From a bacterium (lineage in GTDB: Bacteria > SZUA-182 > DTGQ01), in the NCBI GenBank assembly GCA_040752695.1, contig JBFMGO010000037.1, positions 1 to 45,129 of the forward strand: 45,129 nucleotides of DNA. The letters run 5' to 3'. The notes below the pieces were generated by a model that saw only the letters and a program-made list of their open reading frames with translations, was not told the origin of the DNA and did not search any database. Below are positions 18,811-28,913 of this stretch, one piece after another. The stretch's first letter is position 1. Every line of letters starts with the position of its first letter. The translations under genes and the position numbers were made by a program.

Positions 18811-19632
18811 TTAACGAAGCACTCCGGCCGGATCGAATGCTTTTTTATAAGACCAGAGGGCTACGGTGATCGCTCCCAGGGAGGATGCCGCGGCCAGCAT
18901 CAGCATAATCACAATCTGGTATCTGGCTGCCTCCAGGGGATTGGCCCCTGCCAGGATCTGACCGGTCATCATTCCCGGGATGGCTACCACGCCTACGGTG
19001 GCTGTCCGGTTGATTGTGGGTACCAGGCCGGCTTTGACTGCGGCACGAATACTGGGCAGGGAGGCATCCCAGGGAGCAGCCCCAAGAGTAATCAAAAGCC
19101 GGACCTTATCCCTGCGGCCTTCGAGATCTGAAAACACCCGTTCTGCGGCCAGGGCGATACCGGACATGGAATTGCCGAATACCATCCCTGCCAGAGGAAT
19201 TACATACTGGGCCCGATACCAGGGAGTAACTCCAATCACCAGCATGGTAACGGCAAAGGTAATCGGTATGCCGGTTACGGCCATGGAGGCCAGGACAGGC
19301 CAGAATAATCTGTAGGGAGAGTTCCTCAAAAGGTTGGTAATGTTCTGCACCCCGAAGCCGATCATGACCAGCATGGCCCCTGCGGTCAGCCAGGGACTAT
19401 CGTGCGTGAAGATAAAGGCGAGGACAAAACCCAGGAGTAAAAGCTGTCCGTAGCAGCGGACGGTGGCAATCGTTAGATCTTTAGCCAGGCCAAGCCGAAG
19501 CCAGAGGATAATACCGATAGTTACCAGAATAAAAAGAAGCGCCAGCAGCAGCTCAAGATTTCCAATGGGTATGATCTGATTTCCTGTCGTTGCAGCTTTG
19601 GCCACAAGTATCTGATGTATCTTGTTCACCAT
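18811..19632 (-). CDS. fetB: ABC transporter permease, UPF0014/FetB (YbbM) family
   Basis: YVIPLAGMVFGNSM, GVVAIPGMMTGQILAGANPLEAARYQIVIM motifs. Confidence 0.9.
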   Translation of the reverse strand: MVNKIHQILVAKAATTGNQIIPIGNLELLLALLFILVTIGIILWLRLGLAKDLTIATVRCYGQLLLLGFVLAFIFTHDSPWLTAGAMLVMIGFGVQNITNLLRNSPYRLFWPVLASMAVTGIPITFAVTMLVIGVTPWYRAQYVIPLAGMVFGNSMSGIALAAERVFSDLEGRRDKVRLLITLGAAPWDASLPSIRAAVKAGLVPTINRTATVGVVAIPGMMTGQILAGANPLEAARYQIVIMLMLAAASSLGAITVALWSYKKAFDPAGVLR

Positions 19633-19677
19633 TGCTCTTCACCATCACTCATCGCTCATCACTATTACCAACGCTTA

Positions 19678-20373
19678 TCACCATCTTTCATCTCCCTGAT
19701 TCACCTCCAGTAATTCTCCGCCCCTGATCATCAGGGTTCGGCTGGCTGGATCGTCCCATGAGGAGTGCCTTACCCGAATGGCAGCGGCCTGGTTTTCCTT
19801 CAGATAGCGTCGAATCCGCCTGCTGACCAACTGAGCGGAATCTTTGTCCAGACTGGCATCCGGCTCATCCAGGAGGAGAACCCGTGGCTGGAGCAGCAAA
19901 ATGCGCAAAAGTGCCAGGCGTGCCAATTGGCCGCCGGACAGCTCAGATGCCTTATCCTTAAGGGATACCCCAAAAAGGCCGATCTCTTCCAGCTCCGATT
20001 GCAGGCGGCTCTCTGGCGGTATTTCTCTTTCCGGCTTTTGGGTGAATCCCCAGGCCAGAAGCAGATTTTCCCGAACAGAGCCGGGAGCGGCCACAGGTGC
20101 TTGAAGGTAAAGAGTGACCTTTCTTCGCCACTTTTGGGGAGCAAAAGTCGTGTGCTCACGGCCTTGCAGTGTCATGCTCCCCTCATCAATGGGAATGAGC
20201 CAGGCCGCGGCCTCAAGGAAGGTGCTTTTCCCGGAACCGGAGACACCGCCAAGATCCACCAGCTCAGCAGGCTCAAGGCCGAGGGAGACCCTGGACAGAA
20301 CCAGGCGTCTTTTGCCTTCCTGGCTGCGGAAAACCGTAATATTTTTCATAGAAAATAAAGGTGATCCTTCCAT
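19678..20373 (-). CDS. fetA: ABC transporter ATP-binding protein, FetA (YbbL)-like
   Basis: Walker A GVSGSGKST, signature LSGGQ, Walker B LLLDEP; upstream of fetB. Confidence 0.82.
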   Translation of the reverse strand: MEGSPLFSMKNITVFRSQEGKRRLVLSRVSLGLEPAELVDLGGVSGSGKSTFLEAAAWLIPIDEGSMTLQGREHTTFAPQKWRRKVTLYLQAPVAAPGSVRENLLLAWGFTQKPEREIPPESRLQSELEEIGLFGVSLKDKASELSGGQLARLALLRILLLQPRVLLLDEPDASLDKDSAQLVSRRIRRYLKENQAAAIRVRHSSWDDPASRTLMIRGGELLEVNQGDERW

Positions 20374-20621
20374 TATCTTACTCTTTCTTACTCTATTTTA
20401 CTCTTTTTTAATCTATATTACTCTATATTACTCTCAGCCCGTTTATATGAGGCTATGAATATACATAAATCTCAACGATACGCAAATCTCGATGTAAGTC
20501 TCAATGATACGTAAGTCTCAGCGTAAGTCTCAACGATGCATAAGTCTCAACTGCTGATAAAGGTATGGACATAGGTACGGGGCATGCCTTATACTGTAAT
20601 CGTATCGTTTGCCATATTGAT

Positions 20622-20752
20622 AAATCTTATCAAGGCAAGCAGTGGAGCATAGTTGATTGTATCTCCTTCGTCGTAATGCGCGATACCGTAATGCTTGATT
20701 ATGGAGATTACAAATGTTTTAACATTTGACAGACCTTTCCTTAAGATCGGCC
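20622..20752 (+). pseudogene. Fragment of a VapC/PIN toxin gene
   Basis: Manual translation gives KSYQGKQWSIVDCISFVVMRD and, after a frameshift, ITNVLTFDRPFLKIG, matching the C-terminal DK.WS..DC.SF.VM...GI...LTFD.HF motif of PIN toxins. Confidence 0.65.
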
Positions 20753-20768
20753 AAGAGAGGAAAAGCAG

Positions 20769-21617
20769 TTGACTTTTGAATCTCTACTAAGCGCGAAAGA
20801 GCCTGAGCAGTGGACGTGCATTGACAGGTTCCGGCGGATTATCTACGGTTACTATCAGGAGTATGGCCGCCAATTCCCCTGGCGGATGACTCATGATCCG
20901 TATTATATTCTTGTTTCGGAAATCATGCTTCAGCAGACTCAGACAGAGAGAGTTGCTCAAAAGTATGAGCAGTTCATCCGTGAATTTCCCGATTTTTCCT
21001 CACTTGCCTGCGCTCCGCTGCAAAAGGTGCTGAGCGTTTGGCAGGGTTTGGGATATAACCGCAGGGCCTTATCCTTAAAAGCGATTGCCCAGACTGTCGT
21101 GGATGAATTCAGCGGGAATCTGCCCCGCGATGTGGAATCACTGAAAACTTTGCCAGGAATTGGCACCGCAACCGCCTCTGCCATCTGCGCCTTTGCCTTT
21201 GAAAAACCCACTGTTTTTATTGAAACCAATATACGCCGCGTATTTATCCACTTCTTTTTCCCCCACGAGGATATGGTTAAAGATGCGCAGATCCTTCCCC
21301 TGGTCGAGCGGACCCTTGATACATCCAATCCGAGGGAGTGGTACTATGCACTGATGGACTATGGGGTAATGCTGAAAAAAGAGCTCCTGAATCCAAACAG
21401 GAAAAGCGCCCATTACCAGGTGCAGATTCGTTTCGAAGGCTCCAACCGGCAGATAAGGGGGATGATCCTGAAAACCCTGATCGCCAGCCCTGACCTTTCC
21501 GAGGATGAGATAATGCAGGAGGTAAAGATGGACCCGCAAAAAGTAAAAGGAAATCTCATCCAGTTGCAAAAAGAGGGGTTTATTCAAAAAAAAGGGGAGC
21601 GGTTCAGCATAAGGTGA
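20769..21617 (+). CDS. mutY: A/G-specific adenine glycosylase, short form lacking the Fe-S cluster motif
   Basis: PWR, ILVSEIMLQQTQ, WQGLGYNRRA, HhH LPGIGTATA; no Cys cluster after ALMDYG; C-terminal wHTH-like tail. Confidence 0.85.
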   Translation: MTFESLLSAKEPEQWTCIDRFRRIIYGYYQEYGRQFPWRMTHDPYYILVSEIMLQQTQTERVAQKYEQFIREFPDFSSLACAPLQKVLSVWQGLGYNRRALSLKAIAQTVVDEFSGNLPRDVESLKTLPGIGTATASAICAFAFEKPTVFIETNIRRVFIHFFFPHEDMVKDAQILPLVERTLDTSNPREWYYALMDYGVMLKKELLNPNRKSAHYQVQIRFEGSNRQIRGMILKTLIASPDLSEDEIMQEVKMDPQKVKGNLIQLQKEGFIQKKGERFSIR

Positions 21618-21751
21618 CCGGGCCGGGCCGGTTCGGCCTTTTCCTCAGTCGTTTCAGTCTTCTCTCAAGTTGATTCAATCTTCTCCCAGGTCAGTTTAAT
21701 CTTTTTTTCAGCCGGTTCAGTCTGTTCCCAGGTCGATTCAGTCTGTTCCTA

Positions 21752-22309
21752 TTATTTGATAATTTCCAAAGTCTCCCGCCAATCTCTCCTTTTGCGAGGT
21801 GCAGGTTTTTCGTCAGGATAGCCAAGGGGGAGAATAGCCACAGGCCTCAAATGGTGGGGCAGATTCAATACCCTGCTCACTTCACCGTCTTTGAATGCCC
21901 CCACCCAGCAGCATCCCAGGCCAAGACTGAACGCCTCCAAAAGCATGTTCTGGACAAGCGCGGCAGTGTCCTGATACATATATAAAGCCTCTCCCCGTTC
22001 TCCATAGATCGATTGTGCCCGGTTTCTATCCGCACAGATGACGATAACCAGAGGGGCCTTGGCGATAAACCTTTGTTCCAAGGCTGCCTGGGCCAGCTTT
22101 TCTTTCACCTCGTGACTGTAAATAAGGTAAATATACCATGGCTGCACATTGCCCGCCGAAGGTGCCCACGAGCCTGCCTCCATGATCTTTTCGATAAACT
22201 CCGGAGGAACAGGCTGAGATTTGAATCTCCTGATAGACCTTCGCCCTTTCAGATAAGGAAGCAGGTCAGGAATTGGCTGTTCATCGGTAAGTTCCGGCTT
22301 TGGTTCCAT
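21752..22309 (-). CDS. Nitroreductase family protein
   Basis: RRSIRRF, APSAGNVQPW, GLGCCWVGAF, LGYP. Confidence 0.92.
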   Translation of the reverse strand: MEPKPELTDEQPIPDLLPYLKGRRSIRRFKSQPVPPEFIEKIMEAGSWAPSAGNVQPWYIYLIYSHEVKEKLAQAALEQRFIAKAPLVIVICADRNRAQSIYGERGEALYMYQDTAALVQNMLLEAFSLGLGCCWVGAFKDGEVSRVLNLPHHLRPVAILPLGYPDEKPAPRKRRDWRETLEIIK

Positions 22310-22898
22310 TTTATTTCCTCCCTATGATCTTTTATCCTTATGATTCGGCCTAAAGTCACGGCAACCTGCACGCAAAATTAAGCTTAAAAGGTGCGGAGTG
22401 CGTGGTGCAAAGCAAAGCGCACTAACGCATCATGCACTGTAGCACAATACAACGGTTAACCGAATCTGCTCTCGCCTGAATATGAAAGGGGGGAGTGACA
22501 GGGACCTTTGGAAAAGGGATAACAGTCGCCTCGTAGCTTGGCAGAGGTCCGGTAGTATGGCAGAGGACCGGTTTTTGGCAGAAGACCGGTAGCTTGGCGG
22601 AAGACCCATAGTTTGATCGAGTGAAAACCGCCATAAGCACGGGCATAAGGTAGAGTTTATACGAAAATTTGTCCGATATCAACTGTTTAGAGGAAATGGT
22701 CGTTATTTCCTTAAAAAAAAACCGATATGGTACTGGATCAGAGGAAAACCTGGTGATACAAGGTATCAGTTATACCTATGAGCCAGCCGGATATGAGCCG
22801 GTAGACCAATCAGGAAGAATCACGCAAAGCGGAACCATCACGAAGGAGCACTCGGCTCCTTATCTAAAGCTCGGTTCAGGGGGAGGAGGTGAAAAATT

Positions 22899-23063
22899 AT
22901 GTGCTATACTTGTGGATGCGGCAAGCTCAATGAAAATATGGGCGATGCAAGAAATATCACGAGCAAGGATTTTGAAGATGCAGCTAAGGCTGCTAACGAG
23001 TCAGTAGAGCAAGCCAAGAGGAATGCTCTTGAGTCTCTCAAGAAAGACCTCGGCGCAAAGTAG
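22899..23063 (+). CDS. 54-aa small protein with N-terminal CxxCGC motif (not in ORF track)
   Basis: Strong RBS GGAGGAGGTG 7 nt before ATG; MCYTCGCGKLNENMGDARNITSKDFEDAAKAANESVEQAKRNALESLKKDLGAK; own terminator follows. Confidence 0.85.
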   Translation: MCYTCGCGKLNENMGDARNITSKDFEDAAKAANESVEQAKRNALESLKKDLGAK

Positions 23064-23088
23064 GAACGCTTTTGTCTGATAGGAAACA

Positions 23089-23128
23089 CAAAAGCAGGCA
23101 AGCATCAGGTGGTGCTTGCCTGCTTTTG
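23089..23128 (+). terminator. Rho-independent terminator
   Basis: caaaagcaggcaagca...tgcttgcctgcttttg hairpin. Confidence 0.8.
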
Positions 23129-23170
23129 TGGAATAATATAAGGAAAGTGTATCCGGTATCTCCTGGATGT

Positions 23171-23255
23171 AGCCACATGGGAAGCATAGCCATATGGAAG
23201 ACAGAGCTACATGGAAAACAGAGCCATCTGGGAAGCATAGTCACATGGGAAGCAT
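23171..23255. repeat. Five degenerate 17-bp tandem repeats
   Basis: agccacatgggaagcat / agccatatggaagacag / agctacatggaaaacag / agccatctgggaagcat / agtcacatgggaagcat. Confidence 0.85.
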
Positions 23256-23472
23256 TGACAAGGCTCCTGTATCCTGGTACTTTTAATTCGAGGGTGAATA
23301 AGTAAGTCGTTCCCCACCTGCAAAAAACTGTAGCCGCAAGGCTCAGAGCCTGTGGTTACACTGCTTCCATGCACCCCGAAACCTTAAATTCATACATACC
23401 CCAAAATCTGTATCGTTACGATTCCTTACAAAGGATCTTGCAGATACGTCTTCGAATCATCCGGGAGCCGGA

Positions 23473-25950
23473 ATGGAAAAACGGTTTTTATCAATTGTGG
23501 GAAGTTTCTCATGGCTTCTTTTTTTCTCCATCTCATTTACCGGCTCATTTACCGGGGCATTGCCCCTTGAAGTGGTAAACGCCGCAGAGCCGCAATTTGT
23601 CTGGATGATTCCTCTTCCTGAGTCCTGGTATTTCAACTACCCCACCGGAATGGCCATAGACAGCGGCGGCCATATCTATGTAGTTGATTCAGAAGATAAT
23701 TGTGTAAAAAAGTTTACCCTGGAAGGCATTCTTTTGACCCAATGGGGAAGCAAAGGTACGGGGGAGGGCCAATTTGACCGGCCTTCCGGAATAGCTATGG
23801 ATAGTAACGGCCGTATTTACATAGCTGATACCTATAACCACCGCATCCAAAAATTTGACTCTGCCGGCGGCTTTCTGGGCCAATGGGGAAGCAAAGGCAC
23901 GGGGGGCGGACAATTGAATGGTCCGTGGGGAGTAACTGTGGATAGCAATGACCGCATCTATGTGGCTGATGCATGGAATAACCGCATTCAGAAATTTAGT
24001 GCAGATGGGGCCATTTTGGCCAGGTGGGAAGGCCAGGGGCAGGAGGATGGACAATTCAGCTTTCCTACCGGAGTGGCTGCATATGGCAATGGCTCTATCT
24101 ATGTGACCGATACAAATAACGATCGCGTTCAAAAATTTAATTCTGTCGGGGGCTTTCTGCTCCAATGGGGAAGTGCGGGTTCAAAGGACGGAGAATTTTA
24201 TCATCTTACCGGCATAGCCGTAGATAAAAAAGGTGATGTCTATGTGGCTGATAAATACAACCATCGTATCCAAAAGTTCGATTCTTTCGGGAACTTCCTC
24301 ACTGCATGGGGGGAGCCGGGTTCAGGAGAAGGACAGTTCAAAGCCCCTTGCCGGGTAACCGTGGATAACAACGGCTTTGTCTATGTGGCCGATGCCGATA
24401 ACCATCGCATTCAAATATTCAGCTCTGACGGCAGCTTCTTAAACACATGGGGAGTGGGAAAGCATGGCTCGGGGGATGGGCAATTTGACCTTCCTACCGG
24501 GATAGCGGTGGATAAAAAAGGCAATATCTATGTGGCTGATAAATATAACGACCGCATTCAGAAGTTCACTTCGGGCGGAGCTCTTATGGCTACCTGGGGA
24601 AGTAAAGGCTCGAAGAATGGACAATTCAACGGCCCGTGCAGAGTCGCTGTGGGTGCTGATGACTGTGTCTATGTGGCCGATGCGGGGAACGATTGCCTCC
24701 AGAAGTTCGGCTCTGACGGCACTTTTTTGACCAAATGGGGAAGTAAGGGAGAAAGTAATGGACAATTCCAGAATCTTACCGGAATAGCCGTAGATAGCAG
24801 GGGGAATGTTTACGTAGCTGACACTGACAATCACCGCATCCAGAAATTCAGCTCTGAAGGCACTTTTTTGGGCAGATGGGGAAGCAAGGGCCAAAGTGAT
24901 GGACAATTTCTTTTCCCTCGCGGGATAGCAGTGGATGGCGGTGATAATGTCTACGTTACTGACACTGATAACCACCGCATTCAAAAATTCAGCTCTGGCG
25001 GCATTTTTTTGGCAAGATGGGGAAAGGCAGGTGCCTTGGATGGACAATTCAGCGGCCCCTATGCAGTTGCCGTAGACGGCAAGGGAAATGTCTATGTTAT
25101 CGATACAGGGAACAACCGAATTCAAAAATTCAGCCAGCAAGGTACTTTTTTGACCAAATGGGGAAGCAAGGGCACAGGGTATGAACAATTCAGCGGCCCC
25201 TGCGGAATTGCCGTGGATGACAGTGGAAATGTATACATCGCTGATACAGGGAATAACCGTATTCAAAAATTTACCTGCGGGCTCGCAAACGGATCATCTC
25301 AGATTCAGGTGATACGACCCGGGTTGAATTTTTTGTATCTTCCGGCAGGAATCGATACATCTTATTCTGCGGCTTCATTGCTCTTTGGTTATCTGATGGA
25401 CCAAAGTGCGCAGATAGTAAAAATGCAAACCTGCTACGCCGGGGCTGAGTCTTCCACGACTCCCGCGTCTTCTGAGCCTCCTTTATGGTCAACCTTTTGG
25501 AAACCAATCTCGAAACCTTACCAGGGAGATTTTCCTCTCACCCGTGGCATGGGCCTTTTCGTATACACGAACCTGGCCGAGGGCCAAACAATAACTCTCG
25601 ATTTGTCTGCTATTATACCTGAGCAGCCGCTTGATCCGGCCTCCGCTTTCTGGCCGGGACTTAAGCCGGGGCTTAATCTGGTGAGCTCAGGTTCGCTGCC
25701 TGATGCAATCTATGGAATCGAGGGTAATGGAGCCGCAACTGATGGAGTTGAAGCTAATGGAGCCACAGCTAATGGAGTCGCAGGTAATGGAGCGAAAGTG
25801 ACGTGCATAACCAGATATGATTCTCCCCGGGGTATATGGCAATCCCAATATCCTTTTTTTGACCAGAGAACTGGATTTGGTTCAGAAGGAAAACAAAAAG
25901 AAGGATACATCGTCTCTGTCCAGGACCATGTCCAGGAAAAAGCTCAATAA
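23473..25950 (+). CDS. Secreted NHL-repeat protein (12 repeats, two 6-bladed propellers) with C-terminal domain
   Basis: Twelve F..P.GIAVD..G.VYVAD..N.RIQKF repeats; signal peptide; C-terminal region with two PGLN(F/L) motifs. Confidence 0.92.
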   Translation: MEKRFLSIVGSFSWLLFFSISFTGSFTGALPLEVVNAAEPQFVWMIPLPESWYFNYPTGMAIDSGGHIYVVDSEDNCVKKFTLEGILLTQWGSKGTGEGQFDRPSGIAMDSNGRIYIADTYNHRIQKFDSAGGFLGQWGSKGTGGGQLNGPWGVTVDSNDRIYVADAWNNRIQKFSADGAILARWEGQGQEDGQFSFPTGVAAYGNGSIYVTDTNNDRVQKFNSVGGFLLQWGSAGSKDGEFYHLTGIAVDKKGDVYVADKYNHRIQKFDSFGNFLTAWGEPGSGEGQFKAPCRVTVDNNGFVYVADADNHRIQIFSSDGSFLNTWGVGKHGSGDGQFDLPTGIAVDKKGNIYVADKYNDRIQKFTSGGALMATWGSKGSKNGQFNGPCRVAVGADDCVYVADAGNDCLQKFGSDGTFLTKWGSKGESNGQFQNLTGIAVDSRGNVYVADTDNHRIQKFSSEGTFLGRWGSKGQSDGQFLFPRGIAVDGGDNVYVTDTDNHRIQKFSSGGIFLARWGKAGALDGQFSGPYAVAVDGKGNVYVIDTGNNRIQKFSQQGTFLTKWGSKGTGYEQFSGPCGIAVDDSGNVYIADTGNNRIQKFTCGLANGSSQIQVIRPGLNFLYLPAGIDTSYSAASLLFGYLMDQSAQIVKMQTCYAGAESSTTPASSEPPLWSTFWKPISKPYQGDFPLTRGMGLFVYTNLAEGQTITLDLSAIIPEQPLDPASAFWPGLKPGLNLVSSGSLPDAIYGIEGNGAATDGVEANGATANGVAGNGAKVTCITRYDSPRGIWQSQYPFFDQRTGFGSEGKQKEGYIVSVQDHVQEKAQ

Positions 25951-26573
25951 GGCACTGGATATTGAAAATTCCCGGGGATATTATGAGAATTTATACCAAA
26001 TAGGCAAATTACCATACTTCCCTGGCTTATGTAAGTGCCATTCGGTCTAAAGGAAAATCTTATAGCCAACATGTAGCACTTTGGCTAATCTTTTCGCCAT
26101 GCGGGAATAACCACTTGTCCCGATAAGAATGTTTGCCATGTCTCTGTTTCCCGTTTATTATACATCAGGGTAAATATACGCTAAGGTAAGAGTGGCAGCT
26201 TCTTAATTTTACCTGCAATCAGGTTCAAAGACAACTCTTAAACTTGAAAGCAACTCACGATTTGGAAAGTTTCGACGGGGTTGAAAAACCCCTTCAATTA
26301 AAACAGCAGGGGGGCAGTCCTCAGGCATTCCCTTGAGCCTTGGACGAGTGCCAGCCTTCGTGGGCAGCCACAGCAGGCAGAAGAGCCCCTGCAAGGCACA
26401 AAGGAGCACTGGGGCTGAGTATGAGCAATGCTTCTATCAGTGCAAAAGAGTCCCTGCTGGTACAGGGACTACCCCTCCAATTGGCCGGGTAGTTAAGTAG
26501 TTAAAAGGCGGTCCGTATTTGTTTCATCGAGCGGGAATTCCCCCGGCCAGTTTTAAATGGGGCATTTGCCGAA

Positions 26574-26606
26574 AAATCCCCCTGCCCCCCTTTATAAAAG
26601 GGGGAC
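26574..26606. repeat. REP-like palindromic repeat, related copies at ~13383-13414 and ~30739-30810
   Basis: aaatccccctgcccccctttataaaagggggac; similar aaatccccctcacccctttacacaagggggaa and aatcccccctgccccttttccctttgcaaaaagggg. Confidence 0.6.
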
Positions 26607-26637
26607 ATAAAAAATCTTGATAAGATGATGAGCACCC

Positions 26638-27954
26638 TTAACGCGCCGCATGTCCCAGGACAGGAATCGGAATCTGGGGATACGTCTCCTCGGAAGATAC
26701 TTCTTCGGGTTTTGGCTGTGCCAGTGCTTCACGGGCCCACAGGATCGCTTCGCGGGTGCTGTTGCAGCCTAAGCAGCCAACACATCCGGAGCGCTGATGT
26801 GATGCATCATCCACCTTATTTTCTACCAGAATTTTGCCAAGCTCCATGTGCAGTTGCAGCACTTCCTCTTCTCTGCCAATGTATGAGGGTATGATATTTC
26901 TCAGTTTCGGGCTCCCTACCCGCAGGAAGAGCGTTGAAACCAGGGCCCCGGCTTTGGCGGCTTTTTCGACTCCTCTCAATACGACATCATAATCTTCGTC
27001 AAACCCGATAATGTTGCTGGTACCAACCCTGCCCCTGCCAAAGTAGGAGGCCGCCAGTTCCCAGCATTTCAAATATTCGTCCTGGGTGAATGATTTGGCT
27101 TTGCCAGGGCAGATCTGCTTTCGAACCCTCTCGTCAAAGACTTCAAGGAAAATGCCGATTGTATCGGCAACTTCGCTGAGTTCTTTCAAAAGTGCCCGGT
27201 TAAAAATGGGTTCGACCTGAATATGCACTGACAGCCCGGTTTCTTCTCTGATCCGTCTGGCCAGGACCAAGAGCTCTCTTCCCGTGTTTTCCGGAGATTC
27301 GATGGTGCCACTGGTCAGGGTTATGGAGCGAATCTTATTATTTACCATCGCTAACTTAAGATACATTAAATTTTCATCATCTGTCATTGCCTGAGGTATA
27401 TTAAGTCTATCGACCGATAGAGAGAGCGTGCAGTACTTGCAGCCTTCATCCTCTTCGATATGCTGGCATTTCCATAAATGACCAACGCAGTAGGTTTGGT
27501 AAGGGTGAAGTTTTCCTTTGGAGATGAGAGTCATCTTTTTGCCATTCGGTAAAGTACCCTTCCAGATAATTGGCACCCGTTCCAGGAAGATATCGTCTCT
27601 GATTCCTTTAACACGCAGGATCTTCCTCTTCCTTTCCGGTTCATTATTCAGCGTGTCATGTTCCCACCACTCCGAGGGCAGGGCGTATTTTGCCATGTAA
27701 TGGTTCGCGGGAAGGATGGGCAGGCTGATCTGGCTGTTATGATCACCCGGAGCATCGCCCACATAAAAGGTCGTTCCCCTTGGGCCGCCAAAGCCCAGAG
27801 TTGATTGGATATGTAATACGGTATTGGATTCCTCCGGCATGGTAATACTCCGGGAACAGAGATGAATACGATTCTCCAAGTTCCGCAGAGCCTTTTCCTC
27901 TCTGTCAGTTCTCACGGTACTTTCTCCTCTCATCTTATTCGTTTTTTTTTGCAA
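26638..27954 (-). CDS. Radical SAM protein, MSMEG_0568-like family
   Basis: Non-canonical Cx8Cx2C (CQHIEEDEGCKYC), ITLTSGT, VHIQVEP, ICPGKAK, and C-terminal SGCVGCLGC. Confidence 0.75.
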   Translation of the reverse strand: MQKKTNKMRGESTVRTDREEKALRNLENRIHLCSRSITMPEESNTVLHIQSTLGFGGPRGTTFYVGDAPGDHNSQISLPILPANHYMAKYALPSEWWEHDTLNNEPERKRKILRVKGIRDDIFLERVPIIWKGTLPNGKKMTLISKGKLHPYQTYCVGHLWKCQHIEEDEGCKYCTLSLSVDRLNIPQAMTDDENLMYLKLAMVNNKIRSITLTSGTIESPENTGRELLVLARRIREETGLSVHIQVEPIFNRALLKELSEVADTIGIFLEVFDERVRKQICPGKAKSFTQDEYLKCWELAASYFGRGRVGTSNIIGFDEDYDVVLRGVEKAAKAGALVSTLFLRVGSPKLRNIIPSYIGREEEVLQLHMELGKILVENKVDDASHQRSGCVGCLGCNSTREAILWAREALAQPKPEEVSSEETYPQIPIPVLGHAAR

Positions 27955-28222
27955 ACTTTAATGCTTTGTATATTTTCTCGGTTATTTTTAAAAAAACAAT
28001 TGCAAAAGTTTAGATTTTTAGATTACATTTACTTACAATCAAATGAAACTATCTATCTAATTTAAGTATTATATGTATAATTTATCAGTAAATATTTAAC
28101 AAACCAATTATCCCTTCGCTTGGTATATCAATTTTACTCATGATTTGTCATGGTTTACTTATAAGGGGCAACCCAGATAGAAACACAAATGCTTCCGGGG
28201 ACAGATAGAGAACCCTTCCTTA

Positions 28223-28290
28223 GAACCTATCCGAAAAGTGGGGATGACCTCAATATTTATAAGCAGTTACAGGACTTTTCGGATGGCCTC
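28223..28290. mobile_element. 68-bp MITE with IS5-like ends
   Basis: gaacctatccgaaaagt ... acttttcggatggcctc with TTA on both sides; ends match the IS5 remnant end at 14757-14772. Confidence 0.65.
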
Positions 28291-28539
28291 TTAGTCAGAC
28301 CTTCAGTTTCGCTTGATGCTTTGTACAAAAACTTGACCATCGGACATCGATTTTTTGGGTTCAGGGTTGAAGATTCCCTGTATTAATGTTATGATTTAGG
28401 CGCAGTGAACTATCTGTTTTGATCTATTTATTTTTATGGAGAAAGTAGAAGATCCCAGCCTTCTTACACTATTCGAAGATACGTTATCTACAACGAATAA
28501 GCCTCTGAAAAAATATGCGTCTTGGTTAAAAGGAAATCA

Positions 28540-28725
28540 ATGGAACTTTTTCTCTGTGTAGTCGGCATGATTTTTATCATTGAAGGAGTCCCCAACTTCT
28601 TATTTCCATGCACCTGGAAGAGGATGCTGTTGAGAATCGATGAAATCCCTGAATCCACGCTGCGGTTCCTGGGGTTAATGAGTATTCTCATTGGACTGGC
28701 CATGGTTTATATGGGGAAAAGGTAG
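28540..28725 (+). CDS. DUF2065 (YjeT) family small membrane protein
   Basis: GMIFIIEGVP.FLFP..WK...LRFLGL motif; AAGGA RBS. Confidence 0.85.
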   Translation: MELFLCVVGMIFIIEGVPNFLFPCTWKRMLLRIDEIPESTLRFLGLMSILIGLAMVYMGKR

Positions 28726-28913
28726 GAAATATGTAATGTTGGAGTATGCGGCGTTATGGAAAGTTGTGTAAAGTTGGTTAATGGATCGAAGGTGATCAAT
28801 GGACTGTGGAATATAAAAATACATCAGGTGGTTTGAGAATGTGAAGCTGAAAAACATGAAAAATGATAATGAAAAATCTGACAAACGATAACGCAAAGAT
28901 GAGAACTTAAAAA

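Noticed and set aside
26209..26500. Precursor peptide gene for the radical SAM enzyme
   Set aside because: Manual translation found no ORF with an RBS and leader/core pattern, and the enzyme lacks SPASM or RRE features.
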